In this document: one piece after another, positions 8,567 to 17,040 of the stretch
Position numbering within the stretch: position 1 is the stretch's first letter
Layout of the letters: each line of letters opens with the position of its first letter
Source: Promethearchaeota archaeon
GTDB lineage: Archaea > Asgardarchaeota > Hermodarchaeia > Hermodarchaeales > Hermodarchaeaceae
Length of the DNA: 25,717 bases
Reading direction: 5' to 3'
NCBI GenBank assembly: GCA_048938295.1
Contig: JBHLMI010000031.1
Location: 1-25,717, forward strand
Translations under genes and position numbers: made by a program
The notes under the pieces: generated by a model
Seen by the model: only the letters and a program-made list of their open reading frames with translations
Told to the model about the DNA's origin: nothing
Database searches by the model: none

Positions 8567-8601
8567 CTAAGCTCCCTCTACAGAAGTTGTGCTGCTCTGA
8601 T

Positions 8602-9546
8602 TTAGTCTGGATAAATTATTGTTCCTTCTTTTCCATGTAAGCTTATTTCAACATTTTCGATGGAAGTAATGATGGCCTGTTTACCGCCCGCTTCGATGAA
8701 ATCGATAGTGGCTTCGATTTTGGGTTGCATGCTTCCTGGTGCGAAGTGACCCTGAGCAAGATATCGTTTGGCATCTGATACTGGTATCTTGCTGAGGGCA
8801 GTTTGGTCTGGGCGACCATAATGTAGGTAGGCTCTTGGAACATCAGTAAGAATGACTAAAGTTTCTGCCTTGATAAGTGTGGCTAAAAGAGCTGCGGCAT
8901 GGTCTTTATCAATTACCCCTTCTACTCCCTCAATCTGTCCATCTTTTTTGCGGATAATCGGTACTCCACCTCCTCCTGAGGCAATCACAATGACTCCTTG
9001 ATCATATAGATATTTGATGGAAGGACCTTCGATGATTTCGTGGGGAATGGGCGAGGGGACCACTCGGCGAAAACCGCGCCCACTGTCATTGATTATGGTC
9101 CATCCTTTCTCTTTGCGAAGCTGCGAAGCCTCTAATGCCGTATAAAACGGACCAATTGGTTTGCTAGGCTTCTCAAATGCGGAATCTTCTTTATCCACTA
9201 CAGTTTGAGTGAGTATCGTTACTACAGGCTTTTTGATTGCAGCAAGAGCTAATTCGGTGGTTAGACTTTGTTGAAGCATATACCCGATCATTCCTTGACT
9301 TTCAGCGTTGCAGATATCAAGGGGCATTTGTGGAAGTGATGATTTTGCGAGTTCATTCTTCAAGAGGATATCGCCGACTTGGGGACCATTGCCGTGGGTA
9401 ATCGCTATATGGTAGCCTTTTTGAATTAACTTGACTAAGTGCTTTGCAGTTTCACGGACATTTCTAATTTGTTCTTCCGCTGTTCCTTTGTCTTTGTGTT
9501 TAAGGATTGCATTTCCACCTAAGGCGACTAAGATGTTTTTATTCAT
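8602..9546 (-). CDS. arcC: Carbamate kinase
   Basis: ALGGNA, THGNGPQVG, KPIGPFY, GFRRVVPSP, GVEGVIDKD and GSMQPK motifs. AGGAG ribosome-binding site. Confidence 0.97.
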   Translation of the reverse strand: MNKNILVALGGNAILKHKDKGTAEEQIRNVRETAKHLVKLIQKGYHIAITHGNGPQVGDILLKNELAKSSLPQMPLDICNAESQGMIGYMLQQSLTTELALAAIKKPVVTILTQTVVDKEDSAFEKPSKPIGPFYTALEASQLRKEKGWTIINDSGRGFRRVVPSPIPHEIIEGPSIKYLYDQGVIVIASGGGGVPIIRKKDGQIEGVEGVIDKDHAAALLATLIKAETLVILTDVPRAYLHYGRPDQTALSKIPVSDAKRYLAQGHFAPGSMQPKIEATIDFIEAGGKQAIITSIENVEISLHGKEGTIIYPD

Positions 9547-9570
9547 AAAGTGACTCTCCTGGTCTATTGA

Positions 9571-10449
9571 TTAATATCGTCTGATTCCAGTGACCACACA
9601 TATTTTCACCCCGTTATAATTACGAGAAATATGCATGGCTAACATATCGACAGGATCATAGTTTGGATAGCGAAGGCATAGTTCTAACACAGCATCAAGT
9701 TCTGTTGTTGTGTCAATCTTTGTATAGGGTAGATCTCGAAATTCTCTTTTGATATCCTTTCCCTCAGGCCCATGCGTATAAATGGAGTCAAAGGGTCTCT
9801 GATACTTCTCATCAATATCTTCCCATTTCAAGGGACTTAATGGATGATTGGGCAAAACACACGCAATAACAATCGGTGCTTTGCTAATAAGTTCCTTATC
9901 GACTAGTTCTTGAAACCCATAGGCTGTAGCATAGGAGAGGTTCATGTTCGCCGCTGGGATAAAGACATAATCGGGACGCCACTCCATTAACTCATATGCA
10001 ATTGGAACATCGCCTTTCCAACGTTCCAGTTCTCCTGGTGACGCATCAATTATGTCCCTATCTTCTGAAATCTGCTCTCCATGCTTGTATGTCTCAAAGT
10101 AATATTTCCCGGTAGCTTGGACTTTGGCCCCAAATTGCTTAATGGTATTAAGTTTAGTATCTGTTCGTCCCTCAGGAACAAGGATGAGGGCATGATCCCT
10201 CATCCAATATGCTCCTGATATACCGGCATTACCTTCAGAGACAATAAGATATTGTTTGTCACGACCGTATTTGTTAATGACCCAATAGGTTTCGCGATCT
10301 TTATGGCTTCCAGAAGGATTGGTATATTCTAATTTTAGGAAACATTCCAAGTACTCATCGTAGATTACGGGTGTATAGCCCACTTGAGGGTCAATGGGTT
10401 TTTGTTTGTCTTGTGAGGTTCTCATTTTAGCTTTTCCTTCTGTAAGCAT
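9571..10449 (-). CDS. Fold-type II PLP-dependent enzyme, divergent and shortened threonine-synthase-like protein of unknown reaction
   Basis: GYTP, KLEYTNPSGSHKDR (Schiff-base Lys), SEGNA, GAKV, IAYEL...PDYVFIP and terminal VVTG. ATG directly abuts the ADI stop codon (TAAATG). Confidence 0.8.
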   Translation of the reverse strand: MLTEGKAKMRTSQDKQKPIDPQVGYTPVIYDEYLECFLKLEYTNPSGSHKDRETYWVINKYGRDKQYLIVSEGNAGISGAYWMRDHALILVPEGRTDTKLNTIKQFGAKVQATGKYYFETYKHGEQISEDRDIIDASPGELERWKGDVPIAYELMEWRPDYVFIPAANMNLSYATAYGFQELVDKELISKAPIVIACVLPNHPLSPLKWEDIDEKYQRPFDSIYTHGPEGKDIKREFRDLPYTKIDTTTELDAVLELCLRYPNYDPVDMLAMHISRNYNGVKICVVTGIRRY

Positions 10450-11757
10450 TTATCCGCGTCGAAGTGCACAAGTCATACAATGGGCTCCGCCGTATCCTCC
10501 TGTGAGATTGGGTAGTACAATTGGATAGATGTCTATTCCATGCTGGTAGATTCCTCTTTTATGGGGAAAGAACTCGCTTTGATTCTTTAAAGTCTTATAG
10601 TCTTTTTCAGCTTGGGCAAGTAATTTTTCATAGCGTTGTGGCTCGGATTTAGCCTTGGTCTGTAGGTTTTCAAGGACTGCCTTCACATCGCGTTCAACTT
10701 CTATTGCGAGGATTGTTCCATCCCGGATGCAAAGGAAATTGGAAGCGTATGCAAGTTGTTCGAGCGTCGTTATACTGATTAAATCCAAGCCTTTGTCCTT
10801 GACATAGTCGTGAAGGTTTGTGGTTGTTTTTTCTTTTTCATATTCCCCTGGTCCTTTTCGATGATATATTTCCACGATTGCCTGTCTTAAGAGTAAGTCA
10901 AGACCAATTACGACGCTGCTTGAAGCTACATTGAAGTAAGTGTCCAAGTGCATGTCAACCATTGGATCTGGTTTCTTGCTTGGGATGAGAGGATGATTAG
11001 GTTGGTGTACAACGCCCACCTCATCAAAATTGAGGCCATATCTGAGCATTTGTTCTACTCCTGCTTGGTTTGAGCGATCTCCAAGCCCTACTAACGCGAA
11101 ATCTTTCATAGGGATAAAATCGCCTCCCTCAAAGGTTCCTGGTGCTTGAGTTTCATGGACTACATTAGCAGCTATTATCTCCCATAGGAAACGAGTAATC
11201 TTTGGCTCTGACCGTCGCTGGGGTTTACTCATGCGGGAGAGAAAAATCCCTTTATCTGTAACTGCTTGTTGATCTCGCATGAAATAGAGATTAGAGAGGG
11301 GTTGTCTTTCTGTGATGTTCAGGTGGATCGCTCTGGTTCCTTTCCCCGTTTTTAATTGTATCAACGGATTTAACAAGAGGGTTTTAAAGAAGTGGTCAAC
11401 GTCTAAGAGTGGTTCGTTCTTGTTCAATTCGTTACGAGCTAGCGCTATATCGGATTCTGAACCTTTGATATCGATGGTCGCGTGAGCTAAGTCAACGAGT
11501 TGTTGTCTGATAGTCGGATTCACATCAGCTGCATTTAATATGATGTCTTTCATTTTTAGAACATTCACATTAAGTTCGTGACGAAGAATATATTCGAGTT
11601 GTTTGTGTTCTTCTCGTGCTCCATATCGGCTGAAAGCCCGTTCATAAAGTGATGCAAAGGGTTCGAGAAGTCCGAAGAACATCTCAATACCTGGTTGATG
11701 AATCACAACCGTTTTGAGCGAATCCCATTCTGCACGAATTTTTGTTTCCATTATCAT
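10450..11757 (-). CDS. arcA: Arginine deiminase
   Basis: AEW, NLYFMRDQ, FEGGD, MHLDTY and C-terminal GYGGAHCMTCALRR with the nucleophile Cys. ATGA overlap with OTC and a GAGGTG ribosome-binding site; the real start may be the second Met at 11751. Confidence 0.95.
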   Translation of the reverse strand: MIMETKIRAEWDSLKTVVIHQPGIEMFFGLLEPFASLYERAFSRYGAREEHKQLEYILRHELNVNVLKMKDIILNAADVNPTIRQQLVDLAHATIDIKGSESDIALARNELNKNEPLLDVDHFFKTLLLNPLIQLKTGKGTRAIHLNITERQPLSNLYFMRDQQAVTDKGIFLSRMSKPQRRSEPKITRFLWEIIAANVVHETQAPGTFEGGDFIPMKDFALVGLGDRSNQAGVEQMLRYGLNFDEVGVVHQPNHPLIPSKKPDPMVDMHLDTYFNVASSSVVIGLDLLLRQAIVEIYHRKGPGEYEKEKTTTNLHDYVKDKGLDLISITTLEQLAYASNFLCIRDGTILAIEVERDVKAVLENLQTKAKSEPQRYEKLLAQAEKDYKTLKNQSEFFPHKRGIYQHGIDIYPIVLPNLTGGYGGAHCMTCALRRG

Positions 11758-12695
11758 CCACCTCTAGATTCTTTGTGACCTAACATTAGATCTAAAATTC
11801 CGATAGCCCCATAGAGCTTGTTTTCGCCTTGTTGCCACACTATTGATTGGCTACCTTCAATGACATTGTCAGTGATTTCAAGCCCACGATGGGCAGGTAA
11901 GCAGTGCATCACAAGGGCATCTTTTGCTGCCACTTTTAGGAGAGCATCATTGATTTGATAGCCCTGGAAGGCTTTCAATCGCTTTTGTCGTTCTTTATCT
12001 TCACCCATGCTAACCCAGACGTCAGTGTATAAGATATCGGCGTTTTTTGCTGCTTCCTTTGGGTTTTCCACAATTGCGATTTTTGAGCCAGTGTTGAGGC
12101 TAAGTTGCTTTGCCTGTTGAAGAATTTCGTCTTTAGGGTAGTACCCCTTTGGACATGCAGCAACCATGTTCATGCCCATCATTGCTGCGCCAAGCATCAG
12201 CGAATGGCACATGTTGTTTCCATCGCCAATGAAGGCTAATGTGAGCCCCTTGAGATGACCTTTTGCTTCTTTAATAGTAAAGAAATCACAGACTATTTGT
12301 GTTGGGTGTTCAAGGTCGCTGAGTCCATTGATAACAGGTATGTTAGCGTATTGTGAGAGCTGCACAACCGTGTCATGTGCATAAACACGAGCTATGATTG
12401 CGTCTAGATACCCACCAAGAATGCGTGCTGTATCCTTTATGGGTTCTCCACGGCTTAGTTGAAGTTCACTTGAGGGTAGATAAACGGCTTGACCACCGAG
12501 TCGAAGGGTAGCTACTTCAAAACTGGTGCGAGTGCGGGTGGAGGGTTTTTCAAAAAGTAAACCCACCACTCGATCGCTAAGAGTAGTTACCGATTTTTGC
12601 TGTTTTACTTGAGATTTCAGTTTACTAGCTCGCTCAAATAGGGTGTCAAAGTCCTGTTGGGTTAGATCAGTGATCGATAGGAATGCTGATTTCAT
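11754..12695 (-). CDS. arcB: Ornithine carbamoyltransferase (catabolic role inferred from operon context)
   Basis: FEKPSTRTR, HPTQ, DVWVSMG and MHCLPAHRG motifs. AAGGTG ribosome-binding site. Confidence 0.95.
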   Translation of the reverse strand: MKSAFLSITDLTQQDFDTLFERASKLKSQVKQQKSVTTLSDRVVGLLFEKPSTRTRTSFEVATLRLGGQAVYLPSSELQLSRGEPIKDTARILGGYLDAIIARVYAHDTVVQLSQYANIPVINGLSDLEHPTQIVCDFFTIKEAKGHLKGLTLAFIGDGNNMCHSLMLGAAMMGMNMVAACPKGYYPKDEILQQAKQLSLNTGSKIAIVENPKEAAKNADILYTDVWVSMGEDKERQKRLKAFQGYQINDALLKVAAKDALVMHCLPAHRGLEITDNVIEGSQSIVWQQGENKLYGAIGILDLMLGHKESRGG

Positions 12696-12714
12696 TTACC
12701 GCACCTTATTGTGA

Positions 12715-14307
12715 TTAGTCCGTAGCAGTGTATTTTGAGTTCTCCCAGTACGCCCATGCAAAGATGATTATGCTAAACACGGTCAGGACAATCATGTCGA
12801 AGGGCATCGGAATAATCCCCAAGGGACTAATGAATCCTGGGAAGTTTTGATAGACGAAATTAGTGTCGCCGATCAGAGACATCACCATGATGCCTAAGAT
12901 ATAGACGAAAATCCAAAGGTTTCGTTTGATTTCGAAGTCATGGCGTCTTAGTGTAAGATACAATGGATACCCAATAAGCATCAGGATTCCGCCAACTAGG
13001 GTCCATGGCCAAGAAGCCCAATAGACCAGGAGCGTGGCAAAGATGAATCCAAGTCCAGTGATAATGACTGGAATCGGCAGTTTAAATGGTCGTTTTACGT
13101 CTGGTTTAGTTTTTCGAAGGATTGGAACGGCAAGAGCTGCTGCGGCATAGGGTACAAGCGCTGTTATTGAGGCAATCAATGCTACAGATGGAAAGTTCGG
13201 TATGAAAATCTGAATTATCATTGTGAGAATCGTTGCGAAGATTAGAGCGATGTATGGGGTTCCAAATCGAGGATGGACTTTCTCCATTGGTCCCCAGAAG
13301 AGCTTATCGTGTGCCATGGCGAAGGGAATACGTCCTTGAAGAAGGACCCAGTCGCCTCCGGCACCTGCAGTGCTAATCACAGCTCCAATGACAGCGACGA
13401 TAGCTAGAATTGGTAAGCCAGCTGCCAATGCAACATTTGCTAGTGGGGAGCTAAGATTTCCAATACTCCCCCAATCGCCTACCGTTAAGCCTAGTCCGGT
13501 CCAGTTGATTAATCCTGTAAATGCAATGCCTAACAGAATGTATGTTACGATTACAATACCTATGGTTATTAGCATTGCTCGGGGAATGGTTTTGCTGGGA
13601 TTCTTGATTTCTTCTGTGGGAACAACTACTGATTCAAAACCAGTAAATGCCCAGAATTCAAAAGCCATCGCTAATGTGATGCCGGTTAAGCCAAAGGGCA
13701 GTAACGGAAAGAAATTCGTCCAGTTAAGAACTGCCAAACCGACGCAGATGAAAGCAATCAATGGGACTAGTTTTCCGATAGTGGTAAATACACTATACCA
13801 GCCGCCCCATTTTACCCCCACTAAGTTGATGATTGTAAAGATCCACAAAGCAATGACAGCAATTGCAATTCCTAGTGGTGTCAATGTCTGTCCTACAGCT
13901 AAGGCGGGGAAGAAGAAGCTGAGGTAGGTAATGAAGATGTCGATGATTGCCGCGGTGCCCACAAACGCGTAAAGGAAGTACCCCCAACCCATAATAAACC
14001 CGCCTAAGTTACCCAAGGCTAATCTGGGAAGTGAGTAGGGTCCTCCAGTTTTGGGAAACGCTGATCCAAGCTCTGCATAGGAAATAGCTAGCAGAGTAGT
14101 CACCAGTCCAGTTAAAAGGATTGCAATGATGAGAGCAGGCCCAGCAACTGAGCCCATTACAGCAGGCATAGCAAAGACGCCTGAACCGATAATACTACCA
14201 ACACCAAGGGCTACAAGCATCCAGAGACCAAGCTCTCGTTTCAACCCTTTTTTATCCGATTCTCCCTCCATTGATGAGGAAGAAGTTGATTTTGATTCAT
14301 TCGTCAT
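12715..14307 (-). CDS. APC-family transporter, probable arginine/ornithine antiporter (ArcD/AdiC-like)
   Basis: First gene of the ADI operon. TM1 IIGSGVF, TM6 FWAFTGFES and TM8 GGDWVLL retain the GSG, Trp and Glu positions of AdiC-type arginine antiporters. About 14 hydrophobic segments. Confidence 0.85.
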   Translation of the reverse strand: MTNESKSTSSSSMEGESDKKGLKRELGLWMLVALGVGSIIGSGVFAMPAVMGSVAGPALIIAILLTGLVTTLLAISYAELGSAFPKTGGPYSLPRLALGNLGGFIMGWGYFLYAFVGTAAIIDIFITYLSFFFPALAVGQTLTPLGIAIAVIALWIFTIINLVGVKWGGWYSVFTTIGKLVPLIAFICVGLAVLNWTNFFPLLPFGLTGITLAMAFEFWAFTGFESVVVPTEEIKNPSKTIPRAMLITIGIVIVTYILLGIAFTGLINWTGLGLTVGDWGSIGNLSSPLANVALAAGLPILAIVAVIGAVISTAGAGGDWVLLQGRIPFAMAHDKLFWGPMEKVHPRFGTPYIALIFATILTMIIQIFIPNFPSVALIASITALVPYAAAALAVPILRKTKPDVKRPFKLPIPVIITGLGFIFATLLVYWASWPWTLVGGILMLIGYPLYLTLRRHDFEIKRNLWIFVYILGIMVMSLIGDTNFVYQNFPGFISPLGIIPMPFDMIVLTVFSIIIFAWAYWENSKYTATD

Positions 14308-14311
14308 AAAG

Positions 14312-14318
14312 ACCTCCT
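14312..14318 (-). promoter_or_regulatory. Shine-Dalgarno sequence of the first arc operon gene
   Basis: AGGAGGT 4 nt upstream of ATG 14307. Confidence 0.8.
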
Positions 14319-14346
14319 AAACAGAAAGGAGTCACCACGAAGTAAG

Positions 14347-14374
14347 CTCAAGGTATAATGTATAATTACTTGAG
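14347..14374. promoter_or_regulatory. Inverted repeat enclosing the probable arc operon TATA box
   Basis: CTCAAG-N16-CTTGAG. The spacer holds a tandem GTATAAT GTATAAT, which reads TTATAC twice on the minus strand. Confidence 0.5.
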
Positions 14375-14391
14375 TTGAACAAAATGCTAGC

Positions 14392-14406
14392 CTTTATAGC
14401 TTAAAG
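14392..14406. promoter_or_regulatory. 5-5-5 inverted repeat overlapping the probable lrp TATA box
   Basis: CTTTA-TAGCT-TAAAG, containing TTTATAG, 31 nt upstream of the Lrp/AsnC start. Confidence 0.45.
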
Positions 14407-14437
14407 AAGACAAAATGGGGCAGAGTGTGCAACAAAA

Positions 14438-14884
14438 TTGCCAGTAGACGAGCTAGATCGTTACATAATTAATTGCTTATGCCAGGGCGTTTTTTCATAC
14501 TCGGATTTAGCTGAGATTTGCAGCACAACACGCAGTACAATCTATCGTAGAGTAAAACGCCTTGAGGACCTTGGAATCCTTGACAAGAAAGTGATGGGAA
14601 TAGTGAATTTCCAAAAACTCAATCTTTCGGGTATCTGTATTGGGATTGATGTGAAACAGGGCGAAACAGACGAAGCATTAAAGATTTTGAGTGGCCATGA
14701 ACCCGTTAAAATGCTTTTGAAATCCTATGGCACATATCACATTTTTGCGATGCTTTTCTGCGAAAAGGGTCGTGAAGGGGAAACCATTTCCAAACTCCGT
14801 GATGTATTACAGAAATTCCATTTGCATAAATTTGATGTAAGTATTGGATTTGAATGGTTGAAAATAAACCTCACACCATTCTAA
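14438..14884 (+). CDS. Lrp/AsnC family transcriptional regulator
   Basis: N-terminal HTH VDELDRYII...SYSDLAE...STIYRRVKRLEDLGIL followed by a RAM-like domain (SYGTYHIFAML). Divergent from the arc operon. Confidence 0.88.
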   Translation: MPVDELDRYIINCLCQGVFSYSDLAEICSTTRSTIYRRVKRLEDLGILDKKVMGIVNFQKLNLSGICIGIDVKQGETDEALKILSGHEPVKMLLKSYGTYHIFAMLFCEKGREGETISKLRDVLQKFHLHKFDVSIGFEWLKINLTPF

Positions 14885-14986
14885 GATTAACATCAAATTC
14901 TATTAGAGCCATAATTCACCACTATATAAGTGACAGAAAATATTGCATCGAATATAATGACTCTTGTTTTTTACGAAAGTCGGTTA

Positions 14987-15009
14987 AATCAAACCAAGAA
15001 TGTTTGATT
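14987..15009. terminator. AT-rich hairpin between convergent lrp and mch
   Basis: AATCAAAC-CAAGAAT-GTTTGATT (8-bp perfect stem), with a T-tract at 14963-14972. Confidence 0.35.
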
Positions 15010-15040
15010 CCTACGTTTATGCTAAATGTCTGTAATAGAT

Positions 15041-16018
15041 TTACTTTAGAGTCGTTGCTAAGGCCTTTAGGAATAGTTGCGGATCCAGGTGCCCTGCCGT
15101 ATGGTAGCGTCCTGTTCGTAAATCATTGACTGTAATGTGGGCAGGTGCAAAGAGCATCTTATCGATGTTGTAAAAGTCGCCTTCGGCATCCTTGAAGATT
15201 TGATGGAAGGGTTTACCATAATCTGATGACGTCGAGGAGGGAACTTGCTCGATGAGGTCGGCTAAGCCATCATCCTCTGTGGAGTGGATGAAAAGGAAGG
15301 TCTCTCCCATCATCAGTATGGCATCATTAGTGATGCCCATTGCTCGCATGTCTTTTCGGGCAACTGGGACGATGGGACATACCCCGATGCCGCTAAGCAC
15401 CTTTCGAAAGTCATATCCCAAGATTTTGAGTTTATGAATCCCGGTTTCCACAATTCGAGCCGCAATTTGCACGGAACCGGCAATGCATGCTGTCGGGGCG
15501 ACGAGGAGATAGAGGTCCTTTTCATCGATGTTACATGCCTCGGCTACGTATTCACACACAGCAGGATTGGGGAGGGTCCGGGTTTCTAGCATAAGCACCG
15601 CTTCGTTGTGCTCGTCTTCGTAATCGAGTGTATCAAACAGCTTGCCTTCAACTCGTGACTGGGCTCGGGCAGGGCCAGAGCCTAAAGCGAAGAATCCTTC
15701 GACCTTGACGTTCCAACCAGCTGCTTGGGATCCAATACAGGCGAGAGCAGCATGATCGCTGGTAATACGTGCTGTGGGAAACGTAGATCCTCCAACGAGG
15801 GTCGTTTCTAGGCCAACGGTCCCCAATCCACCCATGCACACTTCAGCAAGTAGGCGACCGGCTTCAAGGCTGCCTGGGACATCAATGCCGCAGTCAATGA
15901 TTGTGGTTTTGCCTTTGGTTTTGTGCACTTTAACTCGAAGCACATCACTTTCTGCGATAAGACGCTTCACTAGGGGCATAGCACGCTTGTTGATGCTAGG
16001 TTGAGTTTTAGCCGCCAT
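15041..16018 (-). CDS. mch: Methenyltetrahydromethanopterin cyclohydrolase
   Basis: IDCGI, GSGPARA, GSVQIAARIVETGIHK, PSSTSSDYGKPF and DFYNIDKMLFAPA motifs. Overlaps the fwdC stop by 11 nt. Confidence 0.95.
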   Translation of the reverse strand: MAAKTQPSINKRAMPLVKRLIAESDVLRVKVHKTKGKTTIIDCGIDVPGSLEAGRLLAEVCMGGLGTVGLETTLVGGSTFPTARITSDHAALACIGSQAAGWNVKVEGFFALGSGPARAQSRVEGKLFDTLDYEDEHNEAVLMLETRTLPNPAVCEYVAEACNIDEKDLYLLVAPTACIAGSVQIAARIVETGIHKLKILGYDFRKVLSGIGVCPIVPVARKDMRAMGITNDAILMMGETFLFIHSTEDDGLADLIEQVPSSTSSDYGKPFHQIFKDAEGDFYNIDKMLFAPAHITVNDLRTGRYHTAGHLDPQLFLKALATTLK

Positions 16019-16907
16019 TATTTCCGACCTTCAGAACATGGCTATTGGTTGCCTTGAAAAGAAGCAGCTCCCCACGCCCTCCTGAACCGAAATCACCCGT
16101 AAACCGAAGATAAGGGCCGACTCGTTCTTTCTCTGTGAAGGTCACCCCTGGAATTTCGGCTTCAATGGCATCCATAAGGAGGCGAAGAAAGATCATATCA
16201 GAATATTCTCCATTAAACAAATGTGTAGGCATTGGTGGTCGCGCCTTGCCCAACGCAATTATGGTTCCCTTATACCCCATTGCAGCTCCAGCACGATCGC
16301 CAAGTTCGCCACGAACAATAATCGTTCCTGCCAGCATACGAGTGCCAGCATAGGATGCGGTGTCACCATCGATTACGATGATCCCGCGTCGCATTCCCAT
16401 TCCGAGTTCATGGCCGACATTTCCTTTGACGTAAAGGTTTCCGCCATTCATTCCATATTTACTGCCCAGATAGGATGAGGCCGCCTTGTCACCAACGTTG
16501 CCCGTTACGCGGATTGTGCCTCCGGACATTTCAGCGCCAAGCCAATGATCTACATTCCCTTTGACCTCAATAGTTCCACCTTTCATCCGGGCGCCCAAAT
16601 GCATCCCTGTATTACCTTTGATGAGAATCGTTCCTGCAGTCATGTCCTGACCAAGATGGCGAACCTGAGGAATTGCCCCTACAACCTCAATTACTGTGTT
16701 TTTAGCCGCCTTGTCTGTTTTTCCAGTTACATCGAAGAATTTACCAAGGGTCGTTCGCCGGTTTCCATGCCAGATAGCGATTTTCTTGATTTTGTCAAGT
16801 GTTTTCCCAGCTACGGTATCCGGTGAAACTAATTTCAAGTCAAAAGGGATCCTATCTGTAGGGTCAATAGATGGTGTGAGCACAAGCTTCGATGCAGGCA
16901 TCTTCAT
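16008..16907 (-). CDS. fwdC: Formylmethanofuran dehydrogenase subunit C (GXGXG beta-helix)
   Basis: N-terminal SPDTVAGKT...IWHGN...LGKFFDVTG, repeated GxxMxGGxIxVxG units and C-terminal RFTGDFGSGGRGEL. Start placed at ATG 16907 after GGAG. Confidence 0.88.
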   Translation of the reverse strand: MKMPASKLVLTPSIDPTDRIPFDLKLVSPDTVAGKTLDKIKKIAIWHGNRRTTLGKFFDVTGKTDKAAKNTVIEVVGAIPQVRHLGQDMTAGTILIKGNTGMHLGARMKGGTIEVKGNVDHWLGAEMSGGTIRVTGNVGDKAASSYLGSKYGMNGGNLYVKGNVGHELGMGMRRGIIVIDGDTASYAGTRMLAGTIIVRGELGDRAGAAMGYKGTIIALGKARPPMPTHLFNGEYSDMIFLRLLMDAIEAEIPGVTFTEKERVGPYLRFTGDFGSGGRGELLLFKATNSHVLKVGNNGG

Positions 16908-16952
16908 AATCGCTCCATTCATAATGCACGAGGGTTTGTGGGGATTCGTAAA

Positions 16953-17000
16953 TTATGGAACTACCATAAACGGATTTAGGGTATTTATCATTACCCATAA
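16953..17000. promoter_or_regulatory. Paired inverted repeats upstream of fwdC-mch
   Basis: TTATGG-AACTA-CCATAA (16953-16969) and GGGTA-N8-TACCC (16979-16996). The CCATAA half-site recurs 31 nt apart. Confidence 0.4.
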
Positions 17001-17040
17001 ATAATCAACGATGAAACAAGAATTCGAAACGGTGTAAACA

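Noticed and set aside
9571-10449. Calling the PLP enzyme thrC
   Set aside because: Substrate-binding motifs are altered, the protein is short, and the context is catabolic, so the symbol is not supported.
4045-14999. 9-bp direct repeat AAACCAAGA (4045-4053 and 14991-14999) flanking the arc block as a possible target-site duplication
   Set aside because: Short and A-rich, so likely by chance given the flank sizes I compared. No transposase, integrase or terminal inverted repeats accompany it.
16008-16907. Glutamate synthase GXGXG domain as an alternative to FwdC
   Set aside because: The FwdC-type N-terminal and C-terminal motifs and the adjacency to mch and ftr favour FwdC.
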